62,214 nt of DNA, from NCBI GenBank assembly GCA_964585485.1, contig CAZPDS010000006.1, positions 1-62,214 on the forward strand. Reading direction: 5' to 3'. The notes beneath the pieces were generated by a model. The model was given only the letters and a program-made list of their open reading frames with translations. It was not told where the DNA came from and did not search any database. The translations under genes were made by a program, and so were the position numbers. The DNA comes from an uncultured Bacteroidales bacterium (GTDB lineage Bacteria > Bacteroidota > Bacteroidia > Bacteroidales > CAIWKO01). Shown piece after piece: positions 1-7,827 of the stretch (positions are counted from its first letter, which is position 1; every line of letters starts with the position of its first letter).

Positions 1-773
1 ATTCGTATTTTGGCGCCCGTTACTACGATTCGGAGTTGAGTGTGTGGTTGAGTGTTGACCCAATGGCGGGGGAACGCAGCTGGATGTCGCCATACTCGTA
101 TTGCCAGGATAACCCACTTAATAGGGTAGATCCTACGGGAGCGTTGGATGATTTAGTAATAACTGGAGATGAAGCTGATAAGGCTGTCGCACAGATGCAA
201 AGTGCGACCACAATGACCCTGACGAGAGACCCTAATACAGGGAAAGTTACAGCGGCTGGAGAAGCTAAAACGGAGAATGATAAGAAACTACTTACCGTTA
301 TAAATAGTACAGAAATATCCGTTAAGGTTGATGCAACAAACTCCAGTACATTTGAATTTAATGGACAAACTATTGGAACACGTGGAGGAGGAGCTTTTCT
401 AGGGAATACTGTTACTAATAGCACGGTTACTACTGAATTTCAAACAGGGATAAAGCCATTTGAGACGAGTAGTTTTACCCATGATATTACTACAGTTAAT
501 GCATATCAGTTTGTAAATCCAAATATGCTAGAAGACTTTGATGTTTTTGCTGGAACTCCCGGTAATGCAATGTTGCATGAAGTTACTGAGGCTTACTCAG
601 GCGCATTGATATCCCAAAAAACAGGTATTTCGGCACAACCAGCAAATTCAACAAATTCAACTTATTGGATTTACCAGCAAGCACATAGTGCAAAAACAAC
701 AGTTCCTCAACCAGGAGATGGTGTTATTACAGAAAATGATTTAATTAGGATTAGGCTACTGAAAACGAAATAA
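1..773 (+). CDS. RHS-repeat polymorphic toxin, 3' end (5'-partial): end of the RHS core followed by an unassigned ~210-aa C-terminal toxin domain
   Basis: Frame 3 is open from the window edge. It reads ..SYFGARYYDSELSVWLSVDPMAGERSWMSPYSYCQDNPLNRVDPTG, the canonical end of the RHS repeat-associated core (DPTG = nt 129-140). The track start at 36 is an internal TTG. The tail has no motif I can assign. Confidence 0.85.
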   Translation, partial: SYFGARYYDSELSVWLSVDPMAGERSWMSPYSYCQDNPLNRVDPTGALDDLVITGDEADKAVAQMQSATTMTLTRDPNTGKVTAAGEAKTENDKKLLTVINSTEISVKVDATNSSTFEFNGQTIGTRGGGAFLGNTVTNSTVTTEFQTGIKPFETSSFTHDITTVNAYQFVNPNMLEDFDVFAGTPGNAMLHEVTEAYSGALISQKTGISAQPANSTNSTYWIYQQAHSAKTTVPQPGDGVITENDLIRIRLLKTK

Positions 774-784
774 TTTATAACATA

Positions 785-1213
785 ATGATAGCAATAATAC
801 AAATATTAGTTTTATTAAGTTTACCATGCTTTTCGATTTTTCAAAACCCTGATTATCTTCAAAAGATTGAAGATACACCACAAGTCTATAAAGTCATTGA
901 AATTAATAAGTCTAATAAAAGGGTAAACGGCACTAATAAAGCATATATTATTCTTGTACAAGATACTATTAGTAAGTATTTTTATACAGTTGTCAGTCTG
1001 AAGTCAAATGATAAAACCACATTAAAAATCAGAAAGGGAGAATTCTATAATTTTTCTCTCAAGAAGTATTATGAACATGATTCTTTTATAGAGTTAGGTT
1101 TGAAATTAAGTGTTTACATTGATGGAATACTAATTAACATTCCCATGAGTCGAAATACGGCCAATATTTATACAACTACAAATCTTAAAGGCATTTATTA
1201 TCATTATCCTTGA
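785..1213 (+). CDS. Putative cognate immunity protein, 142 aa, with N-terminal signal peptide/anchor
   Basis: ATG lies 11 nt after the toxin stop on the same strand and shares the same AT-rich composition. The hydrophobic N-terminus is MIAIIQILVLLSLPCFSIF. The position is typical of RHS immunity genes. No family recognised. Confidence 0.6.
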   Translation: MIAIIQILVLLSLPCFSIFQNPDYLQKIEDTPQVYKVIEINKSNKRVNGTNKAYIILVQDTISKYFYTVVSLKSNDKTTLKIRKGEFYNFSLKKYYEHDSFIELGLKLSVYIDGILINIPMSRNTANIYTTTNLKGIYYHYP

Positions 1214-1386
1214 TGTGTTCCGAAATAAGAAATTAAACAATATTTTTGAGAATTGTATAATAAAGTTCTGGAAACGGGGCTTTTTTTATAGTTCGAATCC
1301 TTGTAATCTTGTTTTAGTAATAAAGGCATCAAGTTCATTTGACATTCTTTTAAATCTCAATGCACATTATTGATGTTTTCAATAAT

Positions 1387-1608
1387 CTAATGCATTTCAG
1401 GCTGTAGTGGTACCCCCATCTTTGCATCATCACCAGCACGCAAAGGTCCATGCCTGAAAATCAATTTACCTCCTTTATAACGACTGCCTCCGGTTTCTGC
1501 GGGGGCATGACACGCGCCCTGATGGGTCGGGCGGTTCCAGCGATATGTTCTGCCTTCCGGCGCAGACGGCGGCGTGCAGGAGCCAAATGGCGCGCCGGGG
1601 AAAATCAT
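1387..1608 (-). CDS. Hypothetical 73-aa ORF or gene remnant in an isolated GC-rich block
   Basis: ORF MIFPGAPFGSCTPPSAPEGRTYRWNRPTHQGACHAPAETGG.. uses an internal ATG of the 1387..1701 track ORF. Its GC content resembles the native genome. No TAnnTTTG box lies upstream and no family is recognised. Confidence 0.25.
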   Translation of the reverse strand: MIFPGAPFGSCTPPSAPEGRTYRWNRPTHQGACHAPAETGGSRYKGGKLIFRHGPLRAGDDAKMGVPLQPEMH

Positions 1609-1679
1609 GGGGATTGCTTTTATAATATGGTACTGAAAAAAAATTGGTATTATGTATTGCATAGTACTAAAAATTGTTG

Positions 1680-1687
1680 TATTTTTG
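1680..1687 (+). promoter_or_regulatory. Bacteroidota-type -7 promoter box (TAnnTTTG) for the padR-pspC unit
   Basis: TATTTTTG lies 28 nt upstream of ATG 1716. Confidence 0.45.
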
Positions 1688-1715
1688 TAGCGTCGTTTCA
1701 TTAAACTTCAGAACC

Positions 1716-2075
1716 ATGGACATTGAAAATTCAAAAGCGCAGATGCGGAAAGGGGTGCTGGAATATTGCATCCTGGCGGTGATTTCATCCGAAGCAGCGT
1801 ACGCGTCCGACATCATCGAAAAGATGAAAGCGGCGGAGTTGCTGGTGGTGGAAGGCACCCTTTATCCGCTGCTGACCCGCCTGAAAAATGAGGGTCTGCT
1901 CAACTACCGCTGGGAAGAGTCCCGCTCGGGTCCGCCCCGCAAGTACTACTCCCTGACAACCGCCGGAAAAAAATTCCTGGATGAGTTACATCTGTCCTGG
2001 AAGGAACTGGTGGATTCGGTCGCCTTGATTGGCGGCACCTTCCATGAACCAAGCTCAACCAACGAAAAAAATTAA
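1716..2075 (+). CDS. PadR-family transcriptional regulator
   Basis: MDIENSKAQMRKGVLEYCILAVIS..YASDIIEKM..VVEGTLYPLLTRLKNEGLL..W is the typical PadR winged-helix signature. Start trimmed to ATG 1716. Confidence 0.9.
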   Translation: MDIENSKAQMRKGVLEYCILAVISSEAAYASDIIEKMKAAELLVVEGTLYPLLTRLKNEGLLNYRWEESRSGPPRKYYSLTTAGKKFLDELHLSWKELVDSVALIGGTFHEPSSTNEKN

Positions 2076-2086
2076 AGAATCATACA

Positions 2087-3751
2087 ATGAAAAAGACCAC
2101 CTCAATAAATATTAACGGCATTTTCTTCCATATTGATGACAGTGCCTATCAAAGTCTTGAGCAATACCTGGAGGCCTTGCGCAAGCATTTCTCCGCCTCG
2201 GAAGGGGCGGATGAGATCATGGAGGATATCGAAGCTCGTGTGGCTGAGATCTTCCAGGGCCGCCTTGATGAAACCAAAAAGATCATTCAGCAGGAGGATG
2301 TGGACGAAGTGATACGTTTGCTGGGCAAACCGGCCGACATCAGCGGGAACGAAGCCGAAGCCACCGGCACCGGCGCCGGACCAACCGAAAGGCGCACCCA
2401 CCGGCGTTTATACCGTGATCCCGATCACCGTGTGCTGGGTGGCGTTTGTTCCGGACTGGGGCATTACTTTAATGCCGATCCCATCTGGTTCCGCCTTGCC
2501 TTTATCATTCTGACCCTGATTTTCGGTACCAGTATTCTCATTTATATTGCTATGTGGATTGTGATCCCGGCCGCCGTCAACACCAGCGAAAAGCTTGAAA
2601 TGAAGGGGGAAAGCATCAACATCCACACCATCGAGCGGAACATCAGGGAGGAAATGAACGACCTGAAAAACCGATACCGTCGCATACGCGACAAGCACCG
2701 TCCGCAAACCGAAGCGGAAGTGCGCGATTTCAAGCGCCGCATGCGGCACCTGAGACGTGAACTGCGCCACAACCGCCGTATCCCGGTGGTGGAAAGCGGC
2801 AGCCTTGGCAGCCGGATCGGGGGCGTTATTGAAAACCTGGTCTACTATTCCATCAAGGCCCTGCTGATTTTTGTGGGCATTATTTTTCTGATCATTGGCA
2901 TCACCTTTATAACCGGGCTGATCCTGAGCCTCACGGGTTCCGAACATGCGTTTACGGTGACCGAATGGGGCATGCACACCTTTTCCTGGCCGGCCCTCTC
3001 AGCCTTGATCTTTGAAACGACGCGCGCATCGTGGATGGCGGTCACCGGCGTCCTGCTTTTTATCGGCGTTCCCGTGCTGATGATGATTTACGGAGGCGTG
3101 AAGTTGGTGCTGGGGTACCGCAAACGTATCCGCATCGTTTCCATTACCGCCACCAGCCTGTGGCTGATCGGTCTGCTGCTGTGCATCTATACTGGCTTCG
3201 GAGTGGCGCAGTCCTTCGATGAAAAGGCCAGCGATAAAACGGTGCTTACCATAACACCTCCGGCCGATAGCACCCTGATTCTTCAGGTTCCGGATCCGGG
3301 TATGCGGATTGACGATCCGGAAGAATTTCCCGGAGGCCTTACCCTCGATAACCTTAGCTTTGTGGCTGAAGAAGGCTGTACCCGGGGCTACGGTGTTCCG
3401 GTACTGAAATTTGAACCTTCCGCCAAAAACGAATATTCCGTTGTGATTACCCGCAGTGGTCGTGGCAGCACCATGCTCACTGCCCGCGATCGCGCCAAAG
3501 CCATACATTATGAGATTGTACAGCAAGATTCGCTGCTTCAGATCAGCAATTATTTTTCACTTCCTCAAAATGAAAAGTTCCGCGATCAGAAGGTTCGCAT
3601 CACCGTGAATGTTCCCCTGGGGCAAAAACTGATCTTCGATAAAAGTATGGAAAATCTCCTTTATTATGATGACTTCTCCGATGATTCCTGGGACGAGGAA
3701 ATGCCGGGCCACACGATGGTGATGACCATGACCGGATTACAATACCTTTGA
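2087..3751 (+). CDS. PspC-domain membrane protein (long form)
   Basis: RLYRDPDHRVLGGVCSGLGHYFNADPIWFRLAFIILTL is the PspC domain. It is followed by a basic linker, further TM segments and a C-terminal domain. The PadR-PspC pairing is common in Bacteroidota. Confidence 0.85.
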   Translation: MKKTTSININGIFFHIDDSAYQSLEQYLEALRKHFSASEGADEIMEDIEARVAEIFQGRLDETKKIIQQEDVDEVIRLLGKPADISGNEAEATGTGAGPTERRTHRRLYRDPDHRVLGGVCSGLGHYFNADPIWFRLAFIILTLIFGTSILIYIAMWIVIPAAVNTSEKLEMKGESINIHTIERNIREEMNDLKNRYRRIRDKHRPQTEAEVRDFKRRMRHLRRELRHNRRIPVVESGSLGSRIGGVIENLVYYSIKALLIFVGIIFLIIGITFITGLILSLTGSEHAFTVTEWGMHTFSWPALSALIFETTRASWMAVTGVLLFIGVPVLMMIYGGVKLVLGYRKRIRIVSITATSLWLIGLLLCIYTGFGVAQSFDEKASDKTVLTITPPADSTLILQVPDPGMRIDDPEEFPGGLTLDNLSFVAEEGCTRGYGVPVLKFEPSAKNEYSVVITRSGRGSTMLTARDRAKAIHYEIVQQDSLLQISNYFSLPQNEKFRDQKVRITVNVPLGQKLIFDKSMENLLYYDDFSDDSWDEEMPGHTMVMTMTGLQYL

Positions 3752-3789
3752 TTTACCTGAGGTTCGCTGTTTGCTGGAGCAGCGTTGAC

Positions 3790-3820
3790 GGGGATTGCAT
3801 GGTCAATCCCCGTATTTTTT
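3790..3820 (+). terminator. Rho-independent terminator after the pspC-domain gene
   Basis: GGGGATTG-catggt-CAATCCCC (8-bp stem) followed by gtaTTTTTT. Confidence 0.65.
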
Positions 3821-3821
3821 A

Positions 3822-3829
3822 TACATTTG
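3822..3829 (+). promoter_or_regulatory. -7 promoter box (TAnnTTTG) for the hydrolase gene
   Basis: TACATTTG lies 15 nt upstream of ATG 3845. Confidence 0.45.
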
Positions 3830-3844
3830 TTTGATTTAAAAATA

Positions 3845-5281
3845 ATGAATATGAAACGAAAAAATGGGGTCACGAGAGGATGGATGTTAGTGATGCTGAT
3901 CTTGGTTGGAACGATGCCAGTTGCGGCACAGCAATGCACACCGGAAGGCAATTGGCTGGGTGTGATCAGTGGAAGTGGCGGAAGCATTCGCGTGGGGATG
4001 CATGTTGAAAAGAAAGGTGACGGCTGGAAGGGCTTTCTCAACAGCCCCGATCAGAGTAAAGATACGTTTAGTCTGGAGGAGGTCCGCTGGACCGGTGATT
4101 CCTTGTTGGTGCGTGCCAAAAAGATCAAAGCCCGTTTTTCGGCCCGCATGAATTCAACCTGCGATACCCTCCGCGGTACCTGGCGCCAAAACGGGGCTTT
4201 AACGCTGGCGATGCACCGGGTGGATGTTTTGCCCGTGATGGAGCGTCCGCAGGAGCCGAAGCCACCCTTTCCCTACACCATCAAGGAAGTTGAATTCACC
4301 AACCCAAGGGCAAAAATTACCTTATCCGGAACCCTGACCCTGCCCGAAGGCTCTGGGCCCTTTCCGGCGGTGGTGCTGGTGAGTGGCAGTGGTGCCCAGG
4401 ACCGCGATGAGACCGTAGCGGCCCACAAACCCTTTTGGGTGCTGGCCGACTACCTGAGCCGTAACGGCATTGCCGTGCTCCGCTACGATGACCGCGGTAC
4501 CGGGAAATCGCAGGGAAACTACCAGCAATCCGGTCTCAGCGATTTTATTGAAGACGCCGCGGCTGCGTGGAAGTTTCTACAAGCGCAGCCGGGCATAGAA
4601 CCGTCAAAGGTGGGCATGATCGGGCATTCCGAGGGCGGCATGGTGGCGCCCGTGGTGGCTTCACGTAACCCGAAATTAGCCTTTATCGTGCTACTAGCTG
4701 GTCCCGGCACCAGCGGCAAACAGATCCTTTTGTCGCAGGGCGCCCTGATTGCCCGCGCCGAGGGCACGCCCGAAGAGGAAATCCGCCGCAGCCTGGCGGT
4801 TTCGGAAACCTACCTTACCATTATTGAAACTGAAAAAAATCCGGACAAAATGGAAGAACGTATTCGTTCTGAATTGAAAGTCCTGGCCGCCAACTACACC
4901 AAAGAGGAAGGTGAAGCCGGTGGCCTGAGCGAAGCGAATATCAATGCCGCCGCCTACTCGGCCCGCTCGGCCTGGTTCCCTGAATTTGTCCGCTTCAAAC
5001 CGGAAGACTACCTCCGCAAAGTGAAATGCCCCGTGCTGGCCCTGAACGGGGAAAATGATTTACAGGTGCCCTGCAAGGAAAATCTGGAAGCGATTGGCAG
5101 CGCACTGGAGGCCGGCCGGAATCCGCACTATGAAGTTCAGTCCCTGCCCGGCCTCAACCACCTTTTTCAGCATAGCGCAACGGGTCGCATCAGTGAATAT
5201 AGTTCACTTCCGGAAACCTTTGCACCGGAAGCGCTTACCATCCTTGGTGCCTGGATTCAAAGAACCGTGCAGCCAAAGTAA
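3845..5281 (+). CDS. Secreted alpha/beta-hydrolase (serine hydrolase)
   Basis: Signal peptide MNMKRKNGVTRGWMLVMLILVGTMPVAAQ. Nucleophile elbow GHSEGG. Start trimmed to ATG 3845 (or 3851). Confidence 0.8.
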   Translation: MNMKRKNGVTRGWMLVMLILVGTMPVAAQQCTPEGNWLGVISGSGGSIRVGMHVEKKGDGWKGFLNSPDQSKDTFSLEEVRWTGDSLLVRAKKIKARFSARMNSTCDTLRGTWRQNGALTLAMHRVDVLPVMERPQEPKPPFPYTIKEVEFTNPRAKITLSGTLTLPEGSGPFPAVVLVSGSGAQDRDETVAAHKPFWVLADYLSRNGIAVLRYDDRGTGKSQGNYQQSGLSDFIEDAAAAWKFLQAQPGIEPSKVGMIGHSEGGMVAPVVASRNPKLAFIVLLAGPGTSGKQILLSQGALIARAEGTPEEEIRRSLAVSETYLTIIETEKNPDKMEERIRSELKVLAANYTKEEGEAGGLSEANINAAAYSARSAWFPEFVRFKPEDYLRKVKCPVLALNGENDLQVPCKENLEAIGSALEAGRNPHYEVQSLPGLNHLFQHSATGRISEYSSLPETFAPEALTILGAWIQRTVQPK

Positions 5282-5330
5282 AGTTGTGGGAGGCTGCGAT
5301 TTCACTTCGCAGGATCACGGCTCTTTTGTT

Positions 5331-5338
5331 TACATTTG
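5331..5338 (+). promoter_or_regulatory. -7 promoter box (TAnnTTTG) for the kinase/dCMP-deaminase unit
   Basis: TACATTTG lies 23 nt upstream of ATG 5362 and 47 nt upstream of ATG 5386. Confidence 0.4.
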
Positions 5339-5385
5339 CTGTGGCGAAATGGTATTGTTTTATGAATGGATTTTCTAAAGGTAGT

Positions 5386-5937
5386 ATGCGCGTTATTGGA
5401 ATCACGGGCACCCTGGGCGCCGGCAAAGGCACCATCGTTGATTACCTGGTTCACGCCAAGGGCTTTGCCCACTTCTCGGTGCGGGCCTTCCTTACCGAAG
5501 AGATACGGCAGCGCGGCCTGCCGGTGAATCGCGATAGCATGGTGGTGGTGGCCAACGATCTGCGGGCCAGGCACAACCCCGCCTTCATTGTGGAGCAACT
5601 GTACGAACAGGCGCTGCAAACCGGGCACGACTGCATCATCGAGAGTATACGCACGCCCGGCGAAGTGGCCATGCTGCGCAGCAAACCAAACTTCCGGCTG
5701 ATCGCCGTCGATGCAGCACCGGAGGTGCGCTACCAACGTATCGTGGAACGGGCCTCGGAAACCGATCACATCAGTTTCGAAACCTTTCTTCAGAACGAAC
5801 AACGCGAGATGGACACCACCGACCCCAACGCGCAAAACCTTCGCAAATGCATCGAACAGGCCGACTTCAATCTCACCAACAATAGCACCGTCGAAAATCT
5901 CCACAAAAAAATCCTTGAAGTCCTCAATAACTTTTAA
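5386..5937 (+). CDS. P-loop nucleoside/nucleotide kinase-family protein (dephospho-CoA-kinase-like fold); substrate unknown
   Basis: MRVIGITGTLGAGKGT is a Walker A motif at the extreme N-terminus. The alternative start is ATG 5362. The track ORF begins further upstream. Confidence 0.7.
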   Translation: MRVIGITGTLGAGKGTIVDYLVHAKGFAHFSVRAFLTEEIRQRGLPVNRDSMVVVANDLRARHNPAFIVEQLYEQALQTGHDCIIESIRTPGEVAMLRSKPNFRLIAVDAAPEVRYQRIVERASETDHISFETFLQNEQREMDTTDPNAQNLRKCIEQADFNLTNNSTVENLHKKILEVLNNF

Positions 5938-5981
5938 AAGAATCAGGAACCAAACCAACCCTAAACCCACTAACACCAATC

Positions 5982-6058
5982 AACTAACGACTAACGACTA
6001 TCGACTATTGACTATCGACTATCGACTATTGACTATCGACTATCGACTAACGACTAAC
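5982..6058 (+). repeat. Tandem heptanucleotide array, 11 copies of GACTAWY (aactaac, gactaac, gactatc x6, gactatt x2, gactaac x2)
   Basis: Read directly from the sequence. Copies abut with no spacer and the last ends 3 nt before ATG 6062. A 21-nt higher-order period (gactatc gactatt gactatc) is visible. Confidence 0.95.
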
Positions 6059-6061
6059 ATC

Positions 6062-6544
6062 ATGGAAAACGAACGCCCTTCCTGGGATCAGTACTTTATC
6101 GAAGTGGCTCATACCGTAGCCAAACGGGCCACCTGCGATCGCGGCCGAAGTGGCTGTGTCATTGCCCGCGATAAACAGATTTTGGTGACCGGATACGTAG
6201 GTTCGCCGCGGGGCTTGCCCCATTGCGATGAGGTGGGTCATTTGTTTAAGCAGGTGACCCATGATGATGGGCATGTGACGCAGCACTGCATGCGGACGGT
6301 ACATGCGGAGCAAAACGCCATCTGTCAGGCCGCCCGAATGGGTATTGCCCTGGAGGGTTCTACCCTCTATTGCCGGATGACCCCCTGCCGCACCTGTGCC
6401 ATGCTGATCATCAACTGCGGGATTGTGCGCGTGGTGTGCGAATGGAAGTACCATAGCGGCGCGGAAACCGAAGCAATGTTCCAGGAGGCCGGTATTGCCC
6501 TGGAATACGTGAACAATGAAGTGCTGCAGTACGATAAACAATGA
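6062..6544 (+). CDS. dCMP deaminase (ComEB/CDA-fold zinc deaminase)
   Basis: HAEQNAI and PCRTCAMLI zinc-binding motifs. N-terminus MENERPSWDQYF. The track ORF 5711..6544 is an artefactual upstream extension through the repeat. Confidence 0.9.
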   Translation: MENERPSWDQYFIEVAHTVAKRATCDRGRSGCVIARDKQILVTGYVGSPRGLPHCDEVGHLFKQVTHDDGHVTQHCMRTVHAEQNAICQAARMGIALEGSTLYCRMTPCRTCAMLIINCGIVRVVCEWKYHSGAETEAMFQEAGIALEYVNNEVLQYDKQ

Positions 6545-7077
6545 CTTTCAATCCGATGAACATGAAACAAACACTGGGCTGGAAGCCTTTACCACTTATT
6601 TTCAAGATTATTTGGGTGCTGCAATTGGTCGGTGTTTCCTTTTCTATATCGGCCGTTTTCTCGGCCGCCGCTGTCGGTTTTACCGTGTTTGGTTTTACCG
6701 TTTATGGATTGTGGGCCGCCAACCTGATGTTTTTATTCAACCTGGTGCTGCCGGTGATTTTGCTCACCTCCATGTGGCGAAGGCTTGCCTGGGCCTGGAA
6801 GTACGGGCTGGGGCTTTACCTGCTGACCCTAATCAATGAACTATTTATCTTCCATAATTTCGGCCGTACGGTATTGATGGTGGCAGAGGGCCTGCCCGAC
6901 ACCTACCAGTCGATGCCCAACATCATGAGCCTTGTGGAAGCCAGTTTAATCGTAGGCGTGATCCTGGGTGCGGCCCTGGATGTGTTTTTTGGAATAATGT
7001 TTATTGTAAAACGCCAATATTTTACCGCTTCCGAAGAAGTGACGCCTCCTGCTACACCAAGGTCTACTCAGGATTAG
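6541..7077 (+). CDS. Polytopic membrane protein, function unknown
   Basis: ATGA start/stop overlap with the deaminase gene. Several hydrophobic helices. No family recognised. Confidence 0.6.
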   Translation: MTFNPMNMKQTLGWKPLPLIFKIIWVLQLVGVSFSISAVFSAAAVGFTVFGFTVYGLWAANLMFLFNLVLPVILLTSMWRRLAWAWKYGLGLYLLTLINELFIFHNFGRTVLMVAEGLPDTYQSMPNIMSLVEASLIVGVILGAALDVFFGIMFIVKRQYFTASEEVTPPATPRSTQD

Positions 7078-7799
7078 CGGCGGAGTTCAAAATTCTTTCC
7101 GAGATAAACCCGGCGCACCTGTTCGTCGGAAGCCAGCTCTTCGGCGGTGCCCGACTTCAGGATATTCCCCTCAAACAAAAGGTAGGCTCTGTCGGTGATA
7201 GATAGGGTTTCGTGGACATTGTGGTCGGTAATCAGGACCCCGATATTTTTGGTTTTCAGTTTTGATACGATCGTCTGGATGTCTTCTACCGCAATGGGAT
7301 CAACGCCGGCAAAGGGCTCGTCGAGTAAGATATATTTGGGATCCACGGCGAGGGCGCGGGCGATCTCCGTACGACGGCGCTCGCCGCCCGAAAGCTGGAT
7401 GCCATGGCTTTTTCGTACATGCTGAAGGCCGAATTCATCCAGCAGGGTTTCCAGTTTTTCCTTTTGCTCATCGCGTGTAAGTTTGGTGAACTCCAGCACG
7501 GCGGCAATGTTATCCTCCACGCTGAGACGACGAAACACCGAAGCTTCCTGCGGCAGGTATCCGATACCGCGTTGTGCACGGCGGTACATGGCTTCATTGG
7601 TAATTTCGATGTCGTCCAGGAACACCTTGCCCTCATTGGGCTTGATCAGGCCAACAATAATGTAGAAGGAGGTGGTTTTCCCGGCGCCATTGGGACCCAG
7701 CAAACCCACGATCTCGCCGGGTTTAACTTCCAGCGACACGCCTTTTACCACTGTGCGACTGCGGTATTTCTTTACCAGGTTTTCGGCTCGAAGGATCAT
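7074..7799 (-). CDS. lptB: LPS export ABC transporter ATP-binding protein
   Basis: Walker [10 protein letters not shown], signature LSGGERRR, Walker [10 protein letters not shown]. Size of 241 aa and the C-terminal region are typical of LptB. Confidence 0.9.
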   Translation of the reverse strand: MILRAENLVKKYRSRTVVKGVSLEVKPGEIVGLLGPNGAGKTTSFYIIVGLIKPNEGKVFLDDIEITNEAMYRRAQRGIGYLPQEASVFRRLSVEDNIAAVLEFTKLTRDEQKEKLETLLDEFGLQHVRKSHGIQLSGGERRRTEIARALAVDPKYILLDEPFAGVDPIAVEDIQTIVSKLKTKNIGVLITDHNVHETLSITDRAYLLFEGNILKSGTAEELASDEQVRRVYLGKNFELRR

Positions 7800-7819
7800 G
7801 ATATTCGATAAACAAGGAA

Positions 7820-7827
7820 CAAAGGTA
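7820..7827 (-). promoter_or_regulatory. -7 promoter box (TAnnTTTG) for lptB
   Basis: The minus strand reads TACCTTTG, 20 nt upstream of the ATG at 7799. Confidence 0.45.

Noticed and set aside
1291-1300. gttcgaatcc, identical to a tRNA T-loop/T-stem consensus, in the AT-rich spacer after the immunity gene (possible tRNA-derived att site)
   Set aside because: The flanking bases (tatag / ccttg) cannot form a T-stem. No acceptor stem or CCA context follows, and no integrase is nearby. It is most likely chance.
1450-1704. 84-aa plus-strand ORF with an RRRRRR stretch in the GC-rich block
   Set aside because: The Arg-rich translation is typical of an out-of-frame reading of GC-rich DNA. It runs into the padR promoter and has no start context.
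5302-5979. 225-aa minus-strand ORF opposite the P-loop kinase gene
   Set aside because: It is an antisense shadow. The plus frame has a Walker A motif and a promoter box, and the minus frame has neither.
5982-6058. Possibility that the tandem repeat is a CRISPR array or a coding repeat
   Set aside because: The units are 7 nt and directly abutting with no spacers, so it is not a CRISPR array. The array lies between two genes and is not in a credible reading frame.
5711-6061. Upstream 117-codon extension of the dCMP-deaminase ORF (track ORF 5711..6544), translating the heptamers as TNDYRLLTIDYRLLTIDYRL
   Set aside because: The extension overlaps the kinase gene in another frame and reads through the non-coding CA-rich spacer and repeat array. 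Deaminase homology starts at MENERPSWDQYF (ATG 6062).
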